From positions 12,707 to 76,706 of the forward strand of contig JAZRKL010000139.1 in assembly GCA_045646265.1 (NCBI GenBank): a stretch of DNA of 64,000 nucleotides. The letters are read 5' to 3'. Position 1 is the stretch's first letter. The number at the start of each line of letters is the position of its first letter. Below are positions 49,304 through 59,231 of this stretch, piece after piece. This DNA comes from Faecousia sp. (GTDB taxonomy: Bacteria > Bacillota > Clostridia > Oscillospirales > Oscillospiraceae). Under the pieces are notes generated by a model that saw only the letters and a list, made by a program, of their open reading frames with translations, was not told the DNA's origin and did no database searches. Both the position numbers and the translations under genes were made by a program.

Positions 49304-49332
49304 AGAATACCATAATAGACAAATAAAGTCAA
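49304..49332 (-). promoter_or_regulatory. Promoter of the polysaccharide operon
   Basis: TTGACT-N17-TATTCT with TGn. Confidence 0.6.
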
Positions 49333-49461
49333 TGAAACTTATTGCCAGTGCTGCCTGCATATCCCATCTCCTGCAGTATACCTTGCAACACACAGATAAA
49401 GCGCAGTGCCGCGAAATGCAGCACTGCGCTCTTTGATTTAAGAGAAAAAGCATCCATTCTA

Positions 49462-50256
49462 TTATATGTTCCGCAAATATCCTCTTCCGTTGCAAAACTG
49501 CCCGCCTTCCAGAAGGAACTTTTTCAGCTTTCTTTGCAAACTTGTATTCTCCGGATATTCCTCTTTGGGCAGATAAGGATTCTTGAACACCCATGTCAAC
49601 ATGTCATTACCGGGATACCCTTCCGGCTCTATGTCAAACATTGCCTGAAACTGCAGAATGTTAGAAGATTCCGGAAGCATCTCCTTGAGCTGCGCAGAAA
49701 GCAGCCAAGTGTGGGTAAATACTGTCTGATCCGCACACTCCGGAAAAATCTGATACAGTTTCTTTAAACTCTCCCGGACAGACGGGCGCAGCACCTCCGG
49801 GCGCATATCCGCATCCGTAGGAATATGCAGGCCGACCATCGGCACATTATTTAAAGTAGTCAGTTCATATTCCAGTTGGCCGATGCGGAACATTTTGCAG
49901 GACACCTGCCGGGTCGTCCAGATTTCCCGGTGGAAACCATAATAGCCGTAGCTTTCCTTATGCTCTCTGACAAAGCGGGAAAAAGCGCCCATGGTGGCTG
50001 CATAGATTTCTTCCGGAATTCCCAACTTCGTATAGGTTTCTCTGGCCAGCAATGCACACCGGAGCATACAGCATAAGCCTTTCATCCCCTGAGGATCGTC
50101 ACCAACTGCTTCATGCAATTGGTCAATACCCGTCTGCCATGTATCCCGCTCCATGAGCAATTGAAGACAGGGATACCACTCCATTGTATTATGCAGCTGC
50201 ACCAATTGCTGCGTTACTTCCTGCGGCATATTGATTGCCCGACACAGCTGTTCCAT
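49462..50256 (-). CDS. GNAT-like acyltransferase domain protein
   Basis: FRIGQLEYE, LHIP, TWLL...L...SNI..FQ..F, TSLQR. Confidence 0.7.
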   Translation of the reverse strand: MEQLCRAINMPQEVTQQLVQLHNTMEWYPCLQLLMERDTWQTGIDQLHEAVGDDPQGMKGLCCMLRCALLARETYTKLGIPEEIYAATMGAFSRFVREHKESYGYYGFHREIWTTRQVSCKMFRIGQLEYELTTLNNVPMVGLHIPTDADMRPEVLRPSVRESLKKLYQIFPECADQTVFTHTWLLSAQLKEMLPESSNILQFQAMFDIEPEGYPGNDMLTWVFKNPYLPKEEYPENTSLQRKLKKFLLEGGQFCNGRGYLRNI

Positions 50257-50383
50257 AATTGCACCCCTTCTTTCGGTTTTCCTTATTTTAATAGGTGTAT
50301 ACGTACCTGTCAATCCATAATACTGATAATTGTTTGTACGTTATTCGGCTGTTCGACCAAGGCGCCCTTATTGGGTCCGGCAG

Positions 50384-50449
50384 ATACAACATTGGGCAAA
50401 CCGAATACAACATTGTGACATTGTATTTTGCTCCCATGGATGGTATATT
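50384..50449 (+). promoter_or_regulatory. Direct-repeat activator site with an extended -10
   Basis: ATACAACATTG at 50384 and 50405 (21-bp period); TG-G-TATATT at about 50441-50449. Confidence 0.5.
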
Positions 50450-50514
50450 TCTCTAAAAAGGTACTTTAGGACCTTTCGTTTTCCATTATTAAATGATAAA
50501 GTGAGATGGTTTTG

Positions 50515-51864
50515 ATGAATAAACTTTACGCAGGCTTCGGCAGAGCAAAGATCACCCCGGGTAAAGATGTTTTGCTCCACGGCTATTTCTTCGACCGGTA
50601 TGTAGAAGGCGTTCTGGACGAGCTGTCCGCCAATGTACTGGCCCTTCAGGTAGAGGAAACAAAGGTTCTTCTTGCTATTCTCGATGTGTGCGGTGTCCAC
50701 AAATCAGATATCGATATCCTCCGGAAGGAAATTTCTGAGACCACCGGTGTCCCCGCTCATGCAATTTATATTGCCGCCACGCACACCCACACAGGACCGG
50801 AAGTCAGTAGTCATCATTCGGATGAACGGGTGCGAAACTATTTCGTCAGTTTGAAGCTCGGTATATTAAATGCCGCCCACCAAGCATTGGCAAATTTGAA
50901 ACCCGCCCGTATGGGTTGGCGTGTCGGCCGTGCAACTGACATTGCCTTTAATCGCCGCTTCCGCATGAAGGACGGCACTGTCCGTTCCAGCCCGGGCTAT
51001 ATGCATCCGGATATTCTGGAGCCTATCGGTGTTGTGGATGAGCGGGTCAGCATGGTCCGCTTTGATCAGGAAGACGGCGACAATATCGTTCTGGTCCATT
51101 ACGGTATGCATCCCGACACCATCGGCGGCAGCATGGTTTCCACTGACTGGCCCGGCTTTGTGCGCCGCACCGTGGAGCGGGCAATTCCCGGTACCAAGTG
51201 CCTGTTTATGAACGGTCCTCAGGGCGATATCGGCGCTCAGAATGTTTGGGCAACCGACGGCATGACCAACGGTATGTATCTGACTCATGAAAACTATTGG
51301 AAGGGTTACGGTCACACCCAGCACATCGGCATGGTCATTGCCGGCGCTGTTCTGCAGGTATATTCCAAGGCGAACTACCGGGAAGTGGACAGCCTTGCAT
51401 TTATGGAAAAAGAGATCCTCATTCCAGCCAACAAGGCAACGCCGGAGGAACTGGAGGACGCTTATAAAATTATGGAACTCCACGATGCGGGAAAAGATGA
51501 TGAGATCCCCTATACCGCCATGGAATTGGTCACCGTGTTGGGAGAAGCCAGCCGCAGAATCGCGCTGAAGGATGCACCGGATGCATTCTCCATGCACCTG
51601 ATCGGTTTGAAAGTCGGTGATGTTGCCCTTCTTGGTATTCCGGGTGAACCCTTCGGTCAGGTTGGTGTAGAGCTGAGAAAGGCTGCGGATTGGGAGTTGA
51701 TCCTGCCTTCCTGCTGCAGCAACGGTTACAACGGCTATTTCCCCATGATGGAATGCTATGAAGAAGGCGGCTACGAGGCCCGCTCCTCCCGCTTCAAACC
51801 CGGTGTGGCGGAACTCATCATCGAAGAAGGCACCGCCCTTTTAGCGGAAATGCGAAATTTATAA
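50515..51864 (+). CDS. Neutral/alkaline ceramidase-like metallo-amidohydrolase, paralog 1
   Basis: AGFGRAKITP, ATHTHTGP, DWPG, PGEPF, GYF..Y.EGGYE. Confidence 0.75.
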   Translation: MNKLYAGFGRAKITPGKDVLLHGYFFDRYVEGVLDELSANVLALQVEETKVLLAILDVCGVHKSDIDILRKEISETTGVPAHAIYIAATHTHTGPEVSSHHSDERVRNYFVSLKLGILNAAHQALANLKPARMGWRVGRATDIAFNRRFRMKDGTVRSSPGYMHPDILEPIGVVDERVSMVRFDQEDGDNIVLVHYGMHPDTIGGSMVSTDWPGFVRRTVERAIPGTKCLFMNGPQGDIGAQNVWATDGMTNGMYLTHENYWKGYGHTQHIGMVIAGAVLQVYSKANYREVDSLAFMEKEILIPANKATPEELEDAYKIMELHDAGKDDEIPYTAMELVTVLGEASRRIALKDAPDAFSMHLIGLKVGDVALLGIPGEPFGQVGVELRKAADWELILPSCCSNGYNGYFPMMECYEEGGYEARSSRFKPGVAELIIEEGTALLAEMRNL

Positions 51865-51898
51865 CAGACAAACAACAAATAGACTGGAGGATATTTTT

Positions 51899-53248
51899 AT
51901 GAATAAACTTTACGCAGGTTTCGGCAGAGCAGTTATCACACCGCCTATTGGCACTTGGCTTGCAGGTGACTTTTCGGTCCGTCCCGCAGAAGGCGTTTTT
52001 GACGATCTGGAGGCCAATGCCCTGGCCCTCCAGGTAGAAGACACCAAGGTTCTCGTGATCAGTCTGGATCTTTGTTACATTAAACGCCAGAATATGGATA
52101 TCATCCGGGAAGCGATCAGCCAAACTACCGGCTTGCCTATGGAAGCCATCTATGTGGCTGCCACCCATACCCATACGGGTCCTATCGTGGATAGCAAACA
52201 CGAAAAAGAACATCTTAGAAACTATTTTGTCAGTCTGAAGATTGGCGTTTTGAACGCGGCCCACCAGGCCCTTGCCAACCTCAAGCCCGCCCGGATGGGC
52301 TGGCGTGTAGGCACCGCCACGGAGATCGGCTTTAACCGCCGCTTCCGCATGAAGGACGGCACCGTCCGATCCAATCCCGGTTATATGAACCCGGATATCG
52401 CAGAGCCAATCGGTATGGTGGATGACCGTGTCAGCATGGTTCGTTTTGACCAGGAGGGCGGCGACAGCATCGTTTTGGCGCACTACGGTATGCATCCGTC
52501 CACCCTCGTTGACCTCAAAATCTCTGCCGACTGGCCCGGCTTTGTGCGCCGCACCGTGGAGCGGGCCATTCCCGGCACCAAGTGTCTGTTCCTGACCGGT
52601 CCTCAGGGCGACATCGGCGCTCAGAATGTTTGGGCCACAGACGGCATGCTAAATGGTCAGTATCTCATCCCCGGCGGCTACTGGAAGGGCTATGGCCATA
52701 CCCAGCATATCGGCATGGTCATCGCCGGCGCGGTACTGCAGGTATACTCCAAGGCAAACTACCGGGATGTGGATAGTCTTTCCACCATGGTCCGGCAGAT
52801 CCATATCCCCACCAACAGACCCACACCTGAAGTGCTGGAGCGCGCGAAACTGTATATGGGCCTCCACAAAGCCGGCAAGGATGATGAAATACCCTTCACC
52901 GCCATGGAGTTGACTACGGTTCTGGGCGAGGCAAGCCGGGCGCTGGAGCTGGAGAACGGCCCGGACTACTTTATCATGGAGCTGATCGGCGTGAGCATGG
53001 GCGATGTGGCACTTCTTGGCATCCCCGGTGAGCCCTTTGGCGAGATTGGTGTGGAGATCCGGAAAGCTCCGGAATGGGAGCTGATCCTGCCTACCTGCTG
53101 CACCAACAGCTACGAGGGTTATTTCCCCATGATGGAATGCTACGAAGAAGGCGGCTATGAGGCCCGGGCCTCCCGGTTCAAGCCCGGTGTGGCGGAGCAG
53201 ATCATTGCGGAAGGCACCGCACTTCTGGCTGAGCTTCGAAATAAATAA
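51899..53248 (+). CDS. Neutral/alkaline ceramidase-like metallo-amidohydrolase, paralog 2
   Basis: Same motifs, with long stretches identical to paralog 1. Confidence 0.75.
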   Translation: MNKLYAGFGRAVITPPIGTWLAGDFSVRPAEGVFDDLEANALALQVEDTKVLVISLDLCYIKRQNMDIIREAISQTTGLPMEAIYVAATHTHTGPIVDSKHEKEHLRNYFVSLKIGVLNAAHQALANLKPARMGWRVGTATEIGFNRRFRMKDGTVRSNPGYMNPDIAEPIGMVDDRVSMVRFDQEGGDSIVLAHYGMHPSTLVDLKISADWPGFVRRTVERAIPGTKCLFLTGPQGDIGAQNVWATDGMLNGQYLIPGGYWKGYGHTQHIGMVIAGAVLQVYSKANYRDVDSLSTMVRQIHIPTNRPTPEVLERAKLYMGLHKAGKDDEIPFTAMELTTVLGEASRALELENGPDYFIMELIGVSMGDVALLGIPGEPFGEIGVEIRKAPEWELILPTCCTNSYEGYFPMMECYEEGGYEARASRFKPGVAEQIIAEGTALLAELRNK

Positions 53249-53270
53249 AGCAACGAAAGAGAGTGTAGCG

Positions 53271-54419
53271 ATGAAAGCAATCATCAATGCGGAACTCATC
53301 ATGCGGGACCATCTGATTCCCGAAGCTGTTCTTTTGATTGAAGACGGCAAGATCGCCGGTTTTGGTGAGATGCGGAATACGGAAATTCCGGCGGGTGCTG
53401 AGATCATTGATGTAAACGGCGCATATGTTGGCCCGGGCTTTGTTGATATCCATGTCCATGCCGGTGCAGGTGTCCGTTTTTTGGATGATCCTATCACTGC
53501 TGCGAAGGCACATCTGGCACATGGCTCAACCACGGTCCTGCCTGCTCCCTTTGGCCGTTCTACTGCGCAGGAAATCATACAGGCTTGCCATGATATTCGC
53601 GCGGCTATGCAGACACCGGATGGTGCGAATATCGGCGGCATGTATATGGAAACCCCCTATACCAACCCCAAATACGGTTCCAACCGTGCTAAGAATCCTT
53701 GGAACAAACCCATTGACAAGAATGACTATGTGCCGATTCTGAATGCCGCAAAGGATCTTGCTAAGGTTTGGTGCGTCGCACCGGAACGGGAAAACATCGA
53801 GGAATTTGTTCTGGCTGCCCGGGCGGTCAATCCTACCGTTCGCTTCGCTGTGGCCCACAGTGAGGCCACACCCCAGGAAATCGAGGCGCTGATGCCCTAC
53901 GGTCTGTGCATCGGCACCCACCACACCAATGCCACCGGCACGATCATCAAATACCCCGAGTGTCGGGGTGTCTGCGTGGACGAAGCCGTTAATTATCACC
54001 ATGATATTTACGCGGAACTGATCTGCGACAGCAGGGGAATTCATGTCGATCCCTACATGCTTCGGCTTGTGCGCAAAATCAAGGGAGATGACAGAATCAT
54101 TCTGATCTCGGATGCTACCCACAGCGATGCCCCGAATCCTCCCGGCTATGAAGGTGTCAACGATATCAACTTCGATTACGAAGGCGAGATCGCCGGTTCG
54201 AAGCTGACATTGGACGTTGCCTGCCGGAACATGATGAAGCACACCGGCGCATCCATAGTCAACGTGTTCCAGTTTGCATCCTACAACCCGGCACGGGCTG
54301 TGGGCTTTACAGACCGCGGTGAAATCCGCGTCGGCCTGCGGGCAGACTTGATCGTTGTAGATCACAAGATGAATGTTCAACGGGTATATCTGCAAGGAGA
54401 AGAAGCGGTCTTGAAATAA
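53271..54419 (+). CDS. nagA: N-acetylglucosamine-6-phosphate deacetylase-like amidohydrolase
   Basis: PGFVDIHVH, APE, AHS.A, THHTNA, GIHVDP, LISDA, IAGSKL, NPAR. Confidence 0.8.
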   Translation: MKAIINAELIMRDHLIPEAVLLIEDGKIAGFGEMRNTEIPAGAEIIDVNGAYVGPGFVDIHVHAGAGVRFLDDPITAAKAHLAHGSTTVLPAPFGRSTAQEIIQACHDIRAAMQTPDGANIGGMYMETPYTNPKYGSNRAKNPWNKPIDKNDYVPILNAAKDLAKVWCVAPERENIEEFVLAARAVNPTVRFAVAHSEATPQEIEALMPYGLCIGTHHTNATGTIIKYPECRGVCVDEAVNYHHDIYAELICDSRGIHVDPYMLRLVRKIKGDDRIILISDATHSDAPNPPGYEGVNDINFDYEGEIAGSKLTLDVACRNMMKHTGASIVNVFQFASYNPARAVGFTDRGEIRVGLRADLIVVDHKMNVQRVYLQGEEAVLK

Positions 54420-54454
54420 TCATAGCCATCTTATAAGAACCTGTTTTGACAAAC

Positions 54455-54495
54455 ACCGCCCCGGGGTGTATCACACCCCGGGGCGGTTGTTTTTT
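54455..54495 (+). terminator. Intrinsic terminator
   Basis: ACCGCCCCGGGGTGT-ATC-ACACCCCGGGGCGGT followed by a T-tract. Confidence 0.8.
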
Positions 54496-54588
54496 CGTTG
54501 TGGTATATCAATACAATTCCCCAAAAAGGAACACGCTTGTCACAAGCGTTGCATGTGTCAGCAATACATCAATCCGTCACAGATTTTC

Positions 54589-56178
54589 TTACTGTCCGGT
54601 GAAATACGATACTCCGCTGAACATATTCCCCCCGTCACGGATAACAAAATCGGGGGGCGTCGCTTGGGGGTCCATAAAATTTTCTCCTGGATCACCTGGT
54701 CTGTTGCCACCCGGCATTTCGGGACGGTTGCCACCTTCCGGTGGAGTGCCACCTTCCGGCGGAGTGCCGCCTTCCGGTGATGTGAAGCCTTCGGGAGGTC
54801 TTTGCCCATCCGCAGGCGCATCAATATCGTCGGGTTGTTCCGGTCTGTCCATGCCGCCGGGCCCCATCCCGGGGCCGCCCATCATACCACCGGAGCTGCC
54901 CGCAAGCTGCTTTCCATCGCTCCAGAGGGTGTAGGTTCCGGCATTCAGATCGGCACTGCTGAGAATCAAAATAGAATAGGCATTTTCGGGTCTTGCTTCC
55001 AGAATGGCTTTGCCCTTTTGATCCTTCATCACAATGGTTTCACTGCCGGTCTGCTTTTGGGCAAAGTTAAACACGGCATAGTTCTGTCCGCCGTCCTCGA
55101 TTCGGTCCAGCATATGGCCGGCTGCGATTACCGTTCCTCCATTGATGTGGATTCCCATGTCCGAATCAATACCCGCATCGGCGCTGTTGGAACAGGCTGC
55201 GGCAACCACTGTGCCGCCATTGATCACCAGCCAGCCGTTGGAGTCGATGCCGTCGCCCTCGCCGGTTTCACCGGTAACCTTGATGGTCAGCTTGCCGCCG
55301 TTGACAGTAGTCACCGAAACACCGTCTTCGTTGGTGTTGATGCCGTCATTGCCTGATTCAATAGAAATGTCGCCGCCGTTGATGGTCAGGTGCATCTCGC
55401 TGTCAAGGCCCTCGTTTTCGGCCTTGATGTTCAAAACGCCGGTGTTCTCCTTGCCGCCAAAAATGTTCATGGACCGCTTGGAGTAAAAAGCGCCGTCATA
55501 TTTATGCAGCTTCTTGGCATCTTCAACCTCCGTTTTGTCTTCATTCAAAACAACGGAGTCCGGCTTATAAATCCGCTCCACATAGGAACCGTTCACGGTA
55601 TTGACCGTGCCGTCGGCGATGATTACATTGGCGCCGGCAGCGGAGGTATCTACATCTTTGGATGCCTTTTCCGTATCATCGCTTCCGCACTCATAGACAT
55701 TATAGAAGATCACCGCAGGAGCAACCTCACAGGTAATATCCACACCGTTCAAAACCAATGTCACCACAGCGTCGGGATTTTTCTTGGCATCATCACCCAG
55801 ATCTATTGCGATCTGTCCAAGAGACAGCTTACCGCTTAAGCTGTAGACACCGGGTTTTGTAATATGCACCACAGTGTGGGCTGCCGCCTCATCCGGGGTG
55901 TGGGCATCCTTCTCGCTGCCCTCGCCGTAGGTGAAATCCTTGCCGGATTCGTAGTACACAATATCGTTGGCTGTGTAAACCGCCGCAGTATTGTCTGTAG
56001 CCACAGGATTTCCGTCTACAGTGATGCCACGATCACTCAGAATGATCTGGGTCGCGTCATTATAAACCGGTGCCGCAGGGGATTGTACTGCGGGAGTCTG
56101 TTCTTCCTGTTTTGTACTGCATGCCGTCAGCAGAAGCACCAGTGCCAATAAAAGAGCCACAAACTTGGTATGTTTCAT
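54589..56178 (-). CDS. DUF4353 (Cthe_2159-like) beta-helix carbohydrate-binding lipoprotein
   Basis: Lipobox LTAC; DGIDSNG / GIDSD repeats; I.GG repeats; G/P-rich PPEGG tail. Confidence 0.8.
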   Translation of the reverse strand: MKHTKFVALLLALVLLLTACSTKQEEQTPAVQSPAAPVYNDATQIILSDRGITVDGNPVATDNTAAVYTANDIVYYESGKDFTYGEGSEKDAHTPDEAAAHTVVHITKPGVYSLSGKLSLGQIAIDLGDDAKKNPDAVVTLVLNGVDITCEVAPAVIFYNVYECGSDDTEKASKDVDTSAAGANVIIADGTVNTVNGSYVERIYKPDSVVLNEDKTEVEDAKKLHKYDGAFYSKRSMNIFGGKENTGVLNIKAENEGLDSEMHLTINGGDISIESGNDGINTNEDGVSVTTVNGGKLTIKVTGETGEGDGIDSNGWLVINGGTVVAAACSNSADAGIDSDMGIHINGGTVIAAGHMLDRIEDGGQNYAVFNFAQKQTGSETIVMKDQKGKAILEARPENAYSILILSSADLNAGTYTLWSDGKQLAGSSGGMMGGPGMGPGGMDRPEQPDDIDAPADGQRPPEGFTSPEGGTPPEGGTPPEGGNRPEMPGGNRPGDPGENFMDPQATPPDFVIRDGGNMFSGVSYFTGQ

Positions 56179-56362
56179 CGTATCACCCTTACTTAACAGA
56201 TTATGGTTATTATACTCGGTAAATCCAAATCAACGCTGAATAATTTATAATCATTCTGTTACAATTTTTTGAATTTATTATAGCAATCGTGGGGATAAAA
56301 ATCCAGAAGCAATCTCAAAATAATGAATTGCGGCAGCTATATGATAGATGCCGGACACTCGT

Positions 56363-56902
56363 ATTTAGATAGGTTCGATTCCGGGTCCCGGCACCAGAAA
56401 AGGCACCCCTGTTGGTGGGTTGGGCATAGGGATATGCCCAACCCACAGTGATGTAGATTTGCTTTGCAAATCTGTGATATACGGCTTGCGCCGTGTGATA
56501 TAGCTTGCGCTGTGATATATTTTCTACGAAAATGTTAAGGAAAAAGGATATACCGCATGGAAAAGCGGTATATCCTTTTATTATTTAAATCATCACGAAG
56601 TGATACCAAATCATGCCCCTTGGGGCATATATCACATTGCGGCAGCAATATATCACATTTCCGGAGGAAATATATCATTTTCCCGTCAGGGAAAATATCA
56701 CTGGGGGCTGCGAAAATCCCTTTTCGCAACCCCCTTTGGGGTGTCTTTGACATTTCATGGCTGACCGGAGTCGATTTGCATTTTTGCCTTTGGCAAAAAT
56801 AGAGGTTCCGCTGCGTCCAGCCGCAGCGGGCAGTGCTCATCCGCACTGCATTTAGATGGGTTCGATTCCGGGTCCCGGCACCAGAAAAGGCACCCCTGTT
56901 GG
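56363..56902. repeat. Non-coding structured element bounded by 53-bp direct repeats that resemble an inverted tRNA 3' end
   Basis: 56363-56415 matches 56850-56902 with 1 mismatch; internal GTGATAT/ATATCAC hairpin arrays. Confidence 0.75.
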
Positions 56903-56913
56903 GGTGCCTTTTC

Positions 56914-57000
56914 TGGTGCCGCTGACCGGAATCGAACCGGTACGGATTTTACTCCGAGGGATTTTAAGTCCCTTGTGTCTACCTGTTCCACCACAACGGC
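56914..57000 (-). tRNA. tRNA-Leu (TAA)
   Basis: GCCGTTG...AGGGA-CT-TAA-AA-TCCCT, long variable arm, GGTTCGATTCC, ...CAGCGGCACCA; promoter TTGACG-N17-TAATAT at 57011-57039. Confidence 0.95.
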
Positions 57001-57131
57001 GTGCTGTGTCATATTACCACATCGTCACCAAATCGTCAAGTGTTTGTGACCCAATGGCGTAAATTTCACTTGATTTTCATGGACGTCTGTGCGAAAATAA
57101 TGTCATTTCTTATACACCGCAGGAGGTTGCT

Positions 57132-58697
57132 ATGCATAAAGTATCTTGGTTAGAAAATGCCGTTTTCTACAACATCTATCCGCAATCCTTTTACGACACC
57201 AACGGGGACGGTATCGGCGATCTCAACGGCATTTGCGAAAAGCTGGATTACATACAGGATATGGGTTTCACCGCCATCTGGCTGAATCCATTTTATGAGT
57301 CTCCCTTCCGGGATGCAGGCTATGACGTGACGGATTTTTACAAGGTCGCACCCCGTTACGGCACCAATGGGGATTTCCGTACTCTGTGCCAGAAGGCTCA
57401 TACAAAGGGCATTAAAGTTATCGTTGATCTGGTCGCAGGGCACACCGCTCTGGAGTGTCCTTGGTTTCAGGAGTCTTGCAAGGCAGACAAGAATCAATAT
57501 TCCAATCGTTATGTCTGGACCGACAGCTGGTTAAAAGACTGCGCCGACAGTGTTGGCGGTTACGGGCAGCGTGACGGCAAGTATATGAAAAACTTCTTCT
57601 ACTGCCAGCCTGCCTTAAACTACGGTTTCGCGCAAATTGATGATCCCGCTTGGCAGCTTCCTATGGACCATCCGGATTGCCGGGCCACCAAGCAGGAATT
57701 GATCAATATCATGGACTACTGGATTTCACTGGGTGCCGACGGCTTCCGGGTGGACATGGCCGCTTCTCTGATTAAAAACGACCCCGACCAAAAGGGTATC
57801 ACCGCTTTCTGGCAGGAAATTCGTGAGATCTTTGACGCCCAATACCCGGAGTGTGTCTTGATTTCTGAGTGGTCCTATCCCAGTCAATCCATCGGTGCGG
57901 GTTTCCATATTGATTTTTTGATTCATACCAATTTACCCTGCTATACCAAGCTGTTCCGGGCAGAGCCGGGCCGGAGTGTAAACACCGATTTCCTGGGTCA
58001 TAGCTTCTTTAATCTGGACGGCAACGGATCTCTGGACGATTTTCTCGTAGACTACCTTGCGCAGCTGGAAGCGACAAAAGAAAAGGGTTACATCTCCATT
58101 CCTACGAGCAACCACGATCTTCCCCGTATCAGCTACCGGCGCACAAAGGAAGAGCTGGAAGTCGCTTATGCCTTCCTGCTGACCATGCCCGGTGTGCCCT
58201 TCGTGTACTACGGTGACGAGATCGGCATGCCATACCGGGACGATATTCCCTCCAAGGAAGGCGGATACAACCGCACCGGCTCCCGGACGCCCATGCAATG
58301 GTGCCGTGGCAAAAACGCAGGCTTCTCCGATGCCAGGTCTGAGGATCTGTACCTGCCGGTACAGGAAGACGGTGTAAACGTTGCCGATCAGCTTGCAGAG
58401 GAAAATTCCCTGCTGAATACCACCAAAAAGCTGATCAAACTGCGCCACGGCAGCCATGCCCTGTCTGCTGACGGCGAGATTACATTCTTAAATCATCGCT
58501 ACAACGGCTACCCGCTGGTATACCGCCGCAGCGGAAACGACGGCAGCTATCTCATCTGCATCAACCCCACCGACCGGGAACAGGAATTCTCTTATCCTAT
58601 CCAAAATGCACAGGTCATCATGGAAAACAACAGTGTTCAGTTGGATGTTAACGGCATTCGGCTTGCTCCTGTCAGCTATGCTATCATAAAGCTATAA
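57132..58697 (+). CDS. GH13 alpha-amylase-family glycosidase
   Basis: DTNGDGIGDL, GYDV.D, GFRVDMA, ISEW, NHD, YYGDEIGM. Confidence 0.9.
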   Translation: MHKVSWLENAVFYNIYPQSFYDTNGDGIGDLNGICEKLDYIQDMGFTAIWLNPFYESPFRDAGYDVTDFYKVAPRYGTNGDFRTLCQKAHTKGIKVIVDLVAGHTALECPWFQESCKADKNQYSNRYVWTDSWLKDCADSVGGYGQRDGKYMKNFFYCQPALNYGFAQIDDPAWQLPMDHPDCRATKQELINIMDYWISLGADGFRVDMAASLIKNDPDQKGITAFWQEIREIFDAQYPECVLISEWSYPSQSIGAGFHIDFLIHTNLPCYTKLFRAEPGRSVNTDFLGHSFFNLDGNGSLDDFLVDYLAQLEATKEKGYISIPTSNHDLPRISYRRTKEELEVAYAFLLTMPGVPFVYYGDEIGMPYRDDIPSKEGGYNRTGSRTPMQWCRGKNAGFSDARSEDLYLPVQEDGVNVADQLAEENSLLNTTKKLIKLRHGSHALSADGEITFLNHRYNGYPLVYRRSGNDGSYLICINPTDREQEFSYPIQNAQVIMENNSVQLDVNGIRLAPVSYAIIKL

Positions 58698-58728
58698 AAA
58701 ATAAGCACCCCGATGGGGTGCTTATTTT
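58698..58728. terminator. Bidirectional terminator
   Basis: AAAATAAGCACCCC-GAT-GGGGTGCTTATTTT. Confidence 0.85.
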
Positions 58729-59221
58729 AGTACCAGGTTCCATCCCGGCGCTTTTCCAGGGCTTTTCCATTCAGCACCGCTTCTGTCAGTGTGCTGCCAT
58801 CATAGCGAAGCTTTAAAAGAAAGAACGGTGCGTCCTCCCACAAAAGCTTCAAAAAGATGGCATCCCCTTCCCACTTGGGAAGGCTGTCCAAAAAATCCCG
58901 GCTGACCCATTGCAGGTCGCCCTCATCGCACTGCTTCAATTCTCCTTCGAATCCGTCGCAGGTGAACAGGTACATAAACTCCCCTTGGCTGGGTTCATTG
59001 GTCAGGAAGGTCACGACACCGCGGCATTTCCAGGAGGTCAGTGTCAATCCCGTCTCCTCTTTTGCCTCCCGCAGCAGGCATTCATCGGGAGATTCCTCCC
59101 CTTCAAATTTGCCGCCGATGCCGATCCATTTATCCTTGTTGATATCATTTTTCTTTTTCACCCGGTGCAGCATCAGCACTTCGCTGCCACGGATAATGTA
59201 GCACAGTGTCGTATTGATCAT
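58727..59221 (-). CDS. NUDIX hydrolase (8-oxo-dGTP diphosphatase-like)
   Basis: Nudix box GGKFEGEESPDECLLREAKEETGL. Confidence 0.9.
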   Translation of the reverse strand: MINTTLCYIIRGSEVLMLHRVKKKNDINKDKWIGIGGKFEGEESPDECLLREAKEETGLTLTSWKCRGVVTFLTNEPSQGEFMYLFTCDGFEGELKQCDEGDLQWVSRDFLDSLPKWEGDAIFLKLLWEDAPFFLLKLRYDGSTLTEAVLNGKALEKRRDGTWY

Positions 59222-59231
59222 ACTTTTTCTC

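Noticed and set aside
56363-56415. Additional tRNA gene on the plus strand
   Set aside because: Only T-arm and acceptor 3' strand are present; no D-arm or anticodon arm
56448-56702. CRISPR array
   Set aside because: Repeat is only 7 bp, spacers are 10-19 bp self-complementary hairpins, and there are no cas genes
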